A DNA stretch of 64,000 nucleotides. Source: a virus. Below are positions 55,683 through 64,000 of the stretch, piece by piece (within the stretch, counting starts at the first letter, position 1; every line of letters begins with the position of its first letter). Both the position numbers and the translations under genes were made by a program. The stretch is from positions 32,001-96,000 of IMG/VR virus record IMGVR_UViG_3300025646_005482. The stretch is one strand, 5' to 3'. The notes beneath the pieces are model-generated. The model was not told the DNA's origin and ran no database searches. It worked only from the letters and a program-made list of their open reading frames with translations.

Positions 55683-57743
55683 ATGGCATTTTATCATTTA
55701 GGACATGGATTTAATTGGTTTATGGGTCGAGTGGTAGAACTCGATCCAACCGAAGATCCAAAGTTCAAAAGATATTTAGGTCGTGTAAAAGTGCGAGTCA
55801 TACACGATCAAACTGGTGATTTAGGTAAAATCAAAGCTCCGTTTGGTATTCCTGATTCTGATCTATTATGGGCGTGGCCATTATCATCTATACAATCTGC
55901 AAGTTTAAGTTATCGCAAGATAGTAGAATTAGAAGAATATCCTACACCATTTTGGATTGATGCTGTGGGTACATCACCTACGGGCATCGCTGTTGGCACT
56001 TATGTTTTTGGTTTTTATATTGATGGTCAAGAAGGTAACATACCAGTTATTTTTGCTACCTATCATAAAGACTCAATATATCCTGAACCACCCACTGACG
56101 ATGCAGCTGGTGATATGTTGCAGATCAAACCTCCTGAAGGTCCCATTTTTGATTACATGGATGTATCTGCTCTGGCGAAAGGTTGGCATCATGATCCAGA
56201 ACGAGATGAGAATCATCCTTTAGGAAGAGAATATCCACCATCTACTGACCCCGAAAAGGGTGGTCAGATGCTGCCTAAACACAAATCGGCTGCTAATCCA
56301 GACGGTTATAAAAAAGGTTTGATGAATCTCGTTTGGGAACCAGCATCAGATTATAACACAAAATATCCGTTTAATTTTGTTCATACTACGAAATCAGGGC
56401 ATGCAATAGAGTTAGACGATACACAGGGACACGAGAGGATACAGTGGTGGCATCGATCTGGTAGCTTCGAAGAACTATCTAATAATATACTAGGTGGTCC
56501 TCAGGACAGAGACGGATTAGCTGGTGAGTATCCTCAAAAGATGGTTGGTTGGAAAGAACCAATGAAAAACCATGAACCGGGCACTCACCCGCCATGGGAA
56601 GGAAGACGTGTAAAGAAAACTACAGGCAATGATTATACTATCGTATTAGAAAACAAAGAGACGTATGTAGGTGCATCGACTAAACTAGAGATTGTTAATA
56701 ACACGACTTCTGGTATAGGCAATAATCATATCGAGACAGTTGCTAATAACGTTTATATCGCTGTAGGTTTTTATCCACGAACTGCAAACAATGAATTAAC
56801 GGGCGAATCAGCACGTTATCAATTAAAAGATTCATGGCAAGACGAAACTGGTTTTAGAAGCAACGCCGAGAAGAAGTTTAAAGAATTACCTGCTACGCAC
56901 AAATATGATTTTATTACAGACGTAGCTAACAACGTTCAAATGTCTGTGGGTTGGACGTGGAAAAAAGGAAGAGAGATTGATGTATATTCTGAGAAAAATA
57001 ATTTTGTTGAGATAGCAAACAATCAATTAGTATCTCTTGGTTGGATTCCACTCAATAATTACGATGGTGACAAAGAAGGTAGATCTATTCAAGCGCTTGA
57101 CAAGATGAATCATTATCTTGATGTCAAGAATAATAGTTTTACTACGATTGGGTGGAATCCGTTTACAGAAGCACGTCAAGCGACTGCCTTAGATATCTCA
57201 AACCATTACACTGATGTAAAGAATAATGCGTGGGTCAATATTGGTTATGAACCAAAAGGAGAAGATGCGCGCTTAATCAATTCTGACGACGTATATAACT
57301 ATTATACTGACGTGAGAAATACGTGGAGACAAACAACACAAAATAATTTATACATTAGTGTAGGTAATTTGCCTAAAGACGAAAGAAAAAAATCACAATC
57401 TGATGAACGAAGTTTATTCATAGATGTTTCGAATAAATGGGCTACACGAGTTGGTACAGATACAGCCTTTGATTTTAGAGGCAAGATGAACATGAACATC
57501 ATCAAAGAAGGTATGATTGATGCTCACTCACAATTCGTCATTAATGGACATCAAGAAGTTATAATTAAATCTCCTGTAGGCATTACATTTGAAGCGCCGT
57601 CAGTGACAGTAGTTGGTGGTAGTTTCTCAGCTGAGAAAGGTTTGAGTGCGATGTCGAAGGGAATGAGTACGTCTTTTACAGCAATGAATGGTGTCACACT
57701 TAATTTTACCGATGGAATATTAACTAGTATAGAAAGGCCGTAG
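55683..57743 (+). CDS. 5: Baseplate central spike gp5-like protein (no lysozyme domain evident)
   Basis: WFMGRVV...GRVKVR OB-fold, VFGFYIDG, YPFN.V..TKSGH..ELDDT.G.ERI...HRSG, beta-helix repeats. Confidence 0.88.
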   Translation: MAFYHLGHGFNWFMGRVVELDPTEDPKFKRYLGRVKVRVIHDQTGDLGKIKAPFGIPDSDLLWAWPLSSIQSASLSYRKIVELEEYPTPFWIDAVGTSPTGIAVGTYVFGFYIDGQEGNIPVIFATYHKDSIYPEPPTDDAAGDMLQIKPPEGPIFDYMDVSALAKGWHHDPERDENHPLGREYPPSTDPEKGGQMLPKHKSAANPDGYKKGLMNLVWEPASDYNTKYPFNFVHTTKSGHAIELDDTQGHERIQWWHRSGSFEELSNNILGGPQDRDGLAGEYPQKMVGWKEPMKNHEPGTHPPWEGRRVKKTTGNDYTIVLENKETYVGASTKLEIVNNTTSGIGNNHIETVANNVYIAVGFYPRTANNELTGESARYQLKDSWQDETGFRSNAEKKFKELPATHKYDFITDVANNVQMSVGWTWKKGREIDVYSEKNNFVEIANNQLVSLGWIPLNNYDGDKEGRSIQALDKMNHYLDVKNNSFTTIGWNPFTEARQATALDISNHYTDVKNNAWVNIGYEPKGEDARLINSDDVYNYYTDVRNTWRQTTQNNLYISVGNLPKDERKKSQSDERSLFIDVSNKWATRVGTDTAFDFRGKMNMNIIKEGMIDAHSQFVINGHQEVIIKSPVGITFEAPSVTVVGGSFSAEKGLSAMSKGMSTSFTAMNGVTLNFTDGILTSIERP

Positions 57744-57752
57744 GATAATAAT

Positions 57753-58445
57753 ATGTCAATGTCAGTAGCGATAGCTCGCTTAAAATCAATGCAAGAAGAA
57801 CTCGAGGCCGCAACAGGTGTAACCGAGGTCGAATTGCCTGGTCCTCCCGCTGGTCAAGTAGTATCAGTCGCAGGTGAATTTAGTTGTGAAAGATTAGAAT
57901 TGTTAGTGCAAGAACATATCAAAGCCGTAACTGATATGATCAAAGCAAAAACGCAAGAAATCTCTGCGCTAATATCTAACTACGCTCCTATCTTATCTTT
58001 ACCGAGTGATCCGCTCAAGATTTTGAAATGGGCAAAGAAAGTAGTATTAGGAATGGCCGAACCTGCAATTGCAGCGGCTATTCAACATGCTATCGAAATT
58101 GCTCAATTGGCTGGAGCAATGGCTGGTTTGATCGGTGCAGTTGCAGCTGCGGCGTCTAGACTTGCAACGTGTATTACAAATCTAGTTCAAGATAGTTTAA
58201 AGTCTGTGATGGACGAATTGATGAATGGAGCAATTGCTCTATACGATCAAGCAACAGGAATTTATGAATCACTGAAAGATCAAGCGCTTGATCAACTTGG
58301 ATTCAATGAAATTTTAGAATTGTCAGATACCGTATCAGGCCAGATTGATACTCTGAAGAGCACGGTGGGTGACATTGAAAGTTCGGTCGATAGTATGTCG
58401 AATAGTGTTGACGTATTATCTGGCATTCAAGTACCAGCAACGTAG
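57753..58445 (+). CDS. Helical protein with central hydrophobic hairpin
   Basis: SD AGGA; Ala-rich IAQLAGAMAGLIGAVAAAA. Confidence 0.7.
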   Translation: MSMSVAIARLKSMQEELEAATGVTEVELPGPPAGQVVSVAGEFSCERLELLVQEHIKAVTDMIKAKTQEISALISNYAPILSLPSDPLKILKWAKKVVLGMAEPAIAAAIQHAIEIAQLAGAMAGLIGAVAAAASRLATCITNLVQDSLKSVMDELMNGAIALYDQATGIYESLKDQALDQLGFNEILELSDTVSGQIDTLKSTVGDIESSVDSMSNSVDVLSGIQVPAT

Positions 58446-58454
58446 GAATAGATC

Positions 58455-59360
58455 ATGGCAGATTGCGCAAATTGCGGAGCAGCTAATTCACCAGAATGTG
58501 AAAACTGTACAAAGTGTGGTAAACCCGTTGGTGGTATTCGCAGTGCTCCTCCTAATTCACCCACTGGTGGCCGGACAGTTTTTGGTACTGGTAGTATTGG
58601 TGCTAAGGGCAAGTGGTTTTCAGGAATCCAAGCTTTAGGTGAAAAAGCAGCAAAAGAAATTGCAGAACAAGTTTCTACAATTGGTCCGACTCGGGCAAAT
58701 AATAAAGTCAGAAAACCAGGAACTGGTCGGCCAAAACCAACTGTATATACAATTCCTCAAATCAATATACCTGTAGCTAATACAGAAGAATACGAAGTAT
58801 CATCTAACACCGAACTTTATATTCCTGCTATCGGTACTGAAATTGGTAATGGAGCTGTAGACTATGTAAAGTTTGCAGAAAAAATGCAAGCTCAAGCGAC
58901 AGAGTTAGCAAACAATCTACAGACGCTAAAGAATCAAAAGGGAGTTTCCAGCGGTGCAGGCGGGGGTGTACCTGACGGACCTGATTGTGATATCGACGTA
59001 GAATATCCTGCTAATACGTTTACGATTGAAGTTAAATCAAAATTTGAAGTTATACCGTGTGAAGATCCGGTGCCGTGTGAATTTACATGTTCAACATTTA
59101 CTGTAAATGCTGATGATACAGTTACTATAACAAACGGCACGATTACTATCACATTGAGTGGCGGCACATTGTCATTTGCTGGTGTGACGGCGATGGATTT
59201 ACCATCTGTCACAACTATCGGTGGTAATGCTATTGCTGATAAATCTTGGGTTACTAGCGGCTTCTCAGAAAATACCCATACTCATACATTCTCAGGTACT
59301 GGTTCTGACGGTAACACTAGTATTACTATTTCTGGAACTACGTCTGCAGCATCAACATAA
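58455..59360 (+). CDS. Zn-ribbon plus spike-tip-like protein with HxH motif
   Basis: CANCG...CENCTKCG; Thr-rich beta C-terminus ending HTHTF. Confidence 0.6.
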   Translation: MADCANCGAANSPECENCTKCGKPVGGIRSAPPNSPTGGRTVFGTGSIGAKGKWFSGIQALGEKAAKEIAEQVSTIGPTRANNKVRKPGTGRPKPTVYTIPQINIPVANTEEYEVSSNTELYIPAIGTEIGNGAVDYVKFAEKMQAQATELANNLQTLKNQKGVSSGAGGGVPDGPDCDIDVEYPANTFTIEVKSKFEVIPCEDPVPCEFTCSTFTVNADDTVTITNGTITITLSGGTLSFAGVTAMDLPSVTTIGGNAIADKSWVTSGFSENTHTHTFSGTGSDGNTSITISGTTSAAST

Positions 59361-59363
59361 ATA
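59356..59363 (+). promoter_or_regulatory. Possible late promoter variant
   Basis: CATAAATA before gene 25. Confidence 0.5.
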
Positions 59364-59382
59364 ACAATTAAAAGAGAAAACA

Positions 59383-59823
59383 ATGGGCGTTAAGACAGCA
59401 AGAGAAAACGAACAATATAAAATCACGGCCAGAAATCGTGATTTGTTTAGCGATTTCAATCAATCTTTTTTACCTCATCCAAATACTGGTCAAATCAGTC
59501 GAAAGGTAAATGTCGACGCGGTTAAGATGTCTTTACGTAATCTCGTATTGACTAATAAATATGAAAGGTTAAGAAACCCACGATTTGGTGGCAATATTCG
59601 TAGGTGGTTGTTCGAGCCATCTACATCAGCATATGCTATTACAAAAGAAATAGAACGACATGTAAGAGAAATTGTTCGTCAATATGAGCCGCGAGTAAGA
59701 TTATTAGAAGTGATCGCATCAGCAACAGAAGATGATACCACCGTCAATATTTACATTAAGTTTAGCATCGTCTCATCAGAAAGAGATGAAGAACTCAACA
59801 TCACATTGTATAGAGTAAGATAA
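59383..59823 (+). CDS. 25: Baseplate wedge gp25
   Basis: AVKMSLRNLVLT...ER...P.FG.NI...LFE, YEPRV. Confidence 0.92.
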   Translation: MGVKTARENEQYKITARNRDLFSDFNQSFLPHPNTGQISRKVNVDAVKMSLRNLVLTNKYERLRNPRFGGNIRRWLFEPSTSAYAITKEIERHVREIVRQYEPRVRLLEVIASATEDDTTVNIYIKFSIVSSERDEELNITLYRVR

Positions 59824-61584
59824 ATGGCCTCTACAAGTAACGATCTCACCACTCTCGACTTCGAATCCGTCAAAGAAAATCTAAAGACGTATCTATCTAG
59901 TCAAGCTATCTTTAAAGACTATGATTTCGAAGCATCTAATATCAGCGTTTTGTTAGATATTCTTGCATATAATACAAACCTCAATGGTTTTTATTTAAAC
60001 ATGATTGCAAATGAGATGTTTCTTGACTCAGCACTATTACGCGATTCTATTATTTCACATGCTAAAGAATTAAACTATTTGCCGCGGTCATTTAGATCAG
60101 CACAGGCTATTATCAACCTAACTCTTACTGACAATTCTAATAATTCTACAGTGCTTATACCGCGCGGTACCACATTTACCGGCCGCTCAGCCAATAAGAA
60201 TTTTACTTTTACGACTGCAGAAAATATACAAGCTCGTAGTACTAACATCACAAATCAATTTAAAGCTGACAATATAGTTATATACGAAGGTGATTACGTA
60301 CAAGATTCTTATGTAACTGATGCTCAAAATCAACCGCGTTTTATCATTACGAATAAAACTGTAGACACAAATAGTTTAAAGGTAATCGTTATTGAAGACA
60401 ATGGCGCAACAACACTGTCTTATGAAAGAAGAGATTCTCTTTTTGGCATCGGTGCTACTGATCAGGTTTTCTTTATACAAGCAGCAGAAAACGACACATA
60501 TGAAATTTTATTTGGTGATGGTGTTATAGGTAGACAACCTAAGAACAACTCTATTGTACTTATCGAGTATCGTGCATGCAACGGCGAATTGCCAAATGGC
60601 TTAGGTGTATTTGCTGCTGATGATAATGTTGGTTCAGCTACAGTTACGGCCGTTGAAACAGTGAGTAAAGCTTCTGGCGGTTCAATTCCTGAATCACTAG
60701 ATTCAATTAAGTTTAATGCGCCACGAGCATTTACTACTCAGGAACGTGTTGTTACAGCACAAGATTACGCCACACTTCTCAAAGCTAATTTCTCTGAGAT
60801 TAATGATGTTGCTGCATTTGGTGGAGAAGAATACACACCTCCTCAGTTTGGCAAAGTAATTGTTGCTGTAGATTTAAAGAACACAGACTTGTTGCCTGAT
60901 AGCTATCGTGAAAAATATAGAAACTTTATTGCACCTCGTAGCCCCTTGTCAATCGATCCAGTATTCGTCAAACCAGAATATTTGTATTTGTCTATTACTA
61001 CTAATGTCAAATACGATATCTCACAGACATCATTGGGTGTAGATGATATTAAGAGTCTTGTTGTATCAGCTATTCAAGCTTACAACGAAAATAGTCTAAA
61101 TGGATTTAAAAAGACGATGCGTTACAGTAAATTAGTTGCAGCAATCGATGGTGCACAAAACGCTATTATCAGCAACGATACTACTGTTTTGGCAACTCAA
61201 TACTTGCCATTGATAATCGGCCAGAGATCGGCTTATAAATTAGATTTTGCAATGCCATTAACTATTGACAAAGACAAATCTTCGGTTAAATCTGAATTGT
61301 TCCAATTCTCTGGCACACCGAGTTATATCAGAGATGACAACGATGGCAAATTAAGAATAGTCAATGAGGGAGCAGATGATGTTTTCTTGGCAACAGTTGG
61401 TTCGGTTGACTATAATAATGGAGAAATAATATTAGATGATTTTGCTACTGGTGACCAGAAAACACAATTGAAATTTACTGTTACTCCAAAAGAAAGAGAC
61501 ATTGCTTCTATTAGATCTTCTATTCTCAGAGTTCTCGATGAAGATATCACCGTAAGAGTCGACCAGGTCCGTTTAGATGGCTAG
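59824..61584 (+). CDS. 6: Baseplate wedge gp6
   Basis: LDFE..K..L, DYDFEAS, LAYNT, EMFLDSA, FGDGVIG, QERVVTAQDY. Confidence 0.95.
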   Translation: MASTSNDLTTLDFESVKENLKTYLSSQAIFKDYDFEASNISVLLDILAYNTNLNGFYLNMIANEMFLDSALLRDSIISHAKELNYLPRSFRSAQAIINLTLTDNSNNSTVLIPRGTTFTGRSANKNFTFTTAENIQARSTNITNQFKADNIVIYEGDYVQDSYVTDAQNQPRFIITNKTVDTNSLKVIVIEDNGATTLSYERRDSLFGIGATDQVFFIQAAENDTYEILFGDGVIGRQPKNNSIVLIEYRACNGELPNGLGVFAADDNVGSATVTAVETVSKASGGSIPESLDSIKFNAPRAFTTQERVVTAQDYATLLKANFSEINDVAAFGGEEYTPPQFGKVIVAVDLKNTDLLPDSYREKYRNFIAPRSPLSIDPVFVKPEYLYLSITTNVKYDISQTSLGVDDIKSLVVSAIQAYNENSLNGFKKTMRYSKLVAAIDGAQNAIISNDTTVLATQYLPLIIGQRSAYKLDFAMPLTIDKDKSSVKSELFQFSGTPSYIRDDNDGKLRIVNEGADDVFLATVGSVDYNNGEIILDDFATGDQKTQLKFTVTPKERDIASIRSSILRVLDEDITVRVDQVRLDG

Positions 61585-64000
61585 AGATATTACGAGAGAA
61601 ATCTCGCAATTAGTTAAGAACCAATTTCCCTCTTTTTATCATGAAGAGGGAGAAATGTTTATTGCATTCGTAAAAGCATATTACGAATGGTTAGAATCAA
61701 ACAATCAGGCTTTGTATCATAGTCGAAGATTGCCAGACTATAAAGACATTGATAAGACTATCGATGATTTTATTATTGACTTCAAAAACAAATTTCTTGT
61801 TGATGTGCAGTTTAACGTTGCGACTAATAAAAGACTCTTCATTAAAAATGCATTAGAATTTTACAGAGCAAAAGGAACATCACGAGCTGTAGACCTATTC
61901 TTTAAACTAGTATATGGTTTAGAAGCCAGAGTTTATGAGCCATCACGTGATCTGTTTAGATTGTCAGATAATGAATGGACAGATGAACGCTATCTAGAAA
62001 TTTTGCCTAATCCTAAAAATCTAAATTTCGTAGGCAAACAGATATTTGGTTCTATATCAGGTGCCACCGCGTTTGCCGAAAAATTAGTAAGAGTAAAATC
62101 TGGATCAAAATTCATTGAAGTTTTATATCTCAGTGGTCTTTCTGATAACTTCGTAACAAACGAACTAATATATGCATACGATATCGATGTCGATGCGCAA
62201 GCTGAATACAGGACAGAAATCGTAGGTTCGCTTACACACTTTACAATCACGGCTTCAGATGCAGGATTTGAGGTTGGTGAAAAACTATACGTAAAAGTAG
62301 GATCTGGTAAAAAAGCACAAGCAACTGTATCAGCAGTCCAATCTGCTGTAGGTATTGTTGATTTTACATTCGTACATGGTGGATGGGGTTATAGTACTAA
62401 CGCTCAGATAATTGGTTCTGATAAGACTATGATATTTGACAATGTGCAATTTACTAGTAATGCATATTTTTATCATAACTTTCCTTTCGAACAATTTACT
62501 CCAATAAAACAAGATGTAGTAAGATATTATCTCGAAACTACTAATACGACTAGTACTACAGCAGCATTAGATCTTGCCATCGGTACAGAAGTTTATGCTG
62601 CTTGGGGTGACGATGGTAGTAATACTGTAGTTTGGGAAGGTACAATAGTCGATAAGAGTATTCCTAATTCCACATTAGATATTAATTATACAAAAACAAA
62701 TTATACGAATGATTTAACTGACGACGGCCGAGCAATATCTGGTAATAATGACATCACATTCTTATTTGCAAATGTCTCTGGTAATACAGTTGCGATGGAA
62801 ATTGATGTCGTAGATCAAAATGCATTAGATGTTTCGGTAGAAGGAAACGTGATCGCGACATCAAATACCTGTACTATTAGTTATACTACGTCTGACACTG
62901 ATACTGTAATTGAAACTAATGAAATATTCTATCAAGCTGATCCTACCTACAGCCATATGTTTGCGTCAGCTAGTGTTTTAGGTACGTTTGCAAATACAGA
63001 AACATCAGCGAAATATATCAATTTACAAATGAATAGGGGATATTTTAGAACAGATCTTCCTTTCTACAGAACAGTAAACGGAGATGGAGTTACTGATGTA
63101 GAATATCAAGTTGTCAATATGTCTAATGTCGCTGTAGGTATTATTACTAGTACTACTGATTTGAACTTTAAGCTTTTAGCAAATACGTACGCTGCAAATA
63201 CTGCTCTCGGAACTTTCTGTCCTGGTAGCAATAATAATGTCATCGGAGCATATACTACTAAAGCTACGATCAGAGCATCATCCTTCGAAAATACCGAAGG
63301 TCATACTTTCTTGCAGACTCTTGATAAAAATGGTGCAGAACTTACTATCAATAAACTCGATCTCTCAACCATAATTGATGATACAGCTAATATTGATATT
63401 ACTGATACAGCCAATTCGCCATTCGAACATGTTCATGCCGGTAACACTATATTCTATTCTAATACTACTCTCGATGATGCGCTAAATTATACAGCAGAAA
63501 CAATTACTCTCGGAGAAATATCATCGTTTGTCGTGACATCACCTGGTGCAGGGTATGGTGCTGATCCAATGTTCATTGTTTATGAACCCACGTTGTATCA
63601 CGCTGAAAGATATGATTTTTATTTAAGATATAAATCAGAAAATGCCATCGATGACTTACAAAAAGCCTTTATAATCGGAGAAAATATTACGACAGCGAAT
63701 GGAACAAAGGCTAAGATACGAAGATTTAATCAAGCTACGAGAGAAATTTATGCGACGCGATTGCATTTAAGTCAAGATACGTCTAACACTGTAAATCTCT
63801 GGACTACAGACGATTTTAGAATCGGAGACACAATTACAGGTGATACTTCACGTATATCTGCAATAATAGAAACAATTGATGAGACACGATACGCTCCACG
63901 TTCTGGTCTAAACGCAGATATTAAAACACTTGCATTATCAGGTACAGGATTTATTACGGATTTGCGTATATTAGATTCAGGATTTGGTTATTTCGGCAAA
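61577..64000 (+). CDS. Large baseplate wedge protein (gp7-like), 3'-partial (not in ORF track)
   Basis: MARDITREISQLVKNQFPSFY...FVKAYYEWLE...FYRAKGT; follows gp6; runs off the window. Confidence 0.8.
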   Translation, partial: MARDITREISQLVKNQFPSFYHEEGEMFIAFVKAYYEWLESNNQALYHSRRLPDYKDIDKTIDDFIIDFKNKFLVDVQFNVATNKRLFIKNALEFYRAKGTSRAVDLFFKLVYGLEARVYEPSRDLFRLSDNEWTDERYLEILPNPKNLNFVGKQIFGSISGATAFAEKLVRVKSGSKFIEVLYLSGLSDNFVTNELIYAYDIDVDAQAEYRTEIVGSLTHFTITASDAGFEVGEKLYVKVGSGKKAQATVSAVQSAVGIVDFTFVHGGWGYSTNAQIIGSDKTMIFDNVQFTSNAYFYHNFPFEQFTPIKQDVVRYYLETTNTTSTTAALDLAIGTEVYAAWGDDGSNTVVWEGTIVDKSIPNSTLDINYTKTNYTNDLTDDGRAISGNNDITFLFANVSGNTVAMEIDVVDQNALDVSVEGNVIATSNTCTISYTTSDTDTVIETNEIFYQADPTYSHMFASASVLGTFANTETSAKYINLQMNRGYFRTDLPFYRTVNGDGVTDVEYQVVNMSNVAVGIITSTTDLNFKLLANTYAANTALGTFCPGSNNNVIGAYTTKATIRASSFENTEGHTFLQTLDKNGAELTINKLDLSTIIDDTANIDITDTANSPFEHVHAGNTIFYSNTTLDDALNYTAETITLGEISSFVVTSPGAGYGADPMFIVYEPTLYHAERYDFYLRYKSENAIDDLQKAFIIGENITTANGTKAKIRRFNQATREIYATRLHLSQDTSNTVNLWTTDDFRIGDTITGDTSRISAIIETIDETRYAPRSGLNADIKTLALSGTGFITDLRILDSGFGYFGK

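Noticed and set aside
1-64000. Stop-codon reassignment or tRNA genes
   Set aside because: Core genes are intact in the standard code and all three stops are used; no tRNA cloverleaf was recognised by eye (tRNAscan not run).

Overview
This 64-kb window comes from a large T4-like myophage genome. The host is probably a marine heterotrophic proteobacterium: there are no photosynthesis genes, and phoH, psiE and IHF-consensus sites are present. Recognisable T4 core genes are uvsX, 41, 61, nrdA/nrdB, cd, rnh, 33, 59, 32 and the tail/baseplate block (tape-measure-like gene, 51, 26, tube-like gene, 2, 4, 48, 53, 27-like, 5, 25, 6, 7-like). These are interleaved with glycosyl-, methyl- and sulfotransferase genes, 2OG-Fe(II) oxygenases and small early genes. 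Promoters are sigma70-type (TKTACA-N16/17-TAKAAT) or gp55-type late (TATAAATA). The strongest unexplained signals are: (1) a minus-strand late operon (38030-41827) of exported proteins including a pilin-like and a chaperone-like protein; (2) a late cluster (9776-12345, 16918-22536) of proteins with T4 capsid-targeting-like N-termini and modular basic polyproteins punctuated by gp21-protease-like sites; (3) a likely -1 frameshift (T TTT TTT) fusing gp26 to a start-less gp51 just upstream of the tape-measure-like gene, echoing lambda G/GT; (4) several cis elements, including a tandem-hairpin leader, a late-promoter/RBS-occluding hairpin, and duplicated early promoters with paired IHF sites. All family assignments are from motif recognition only; no searches were run.
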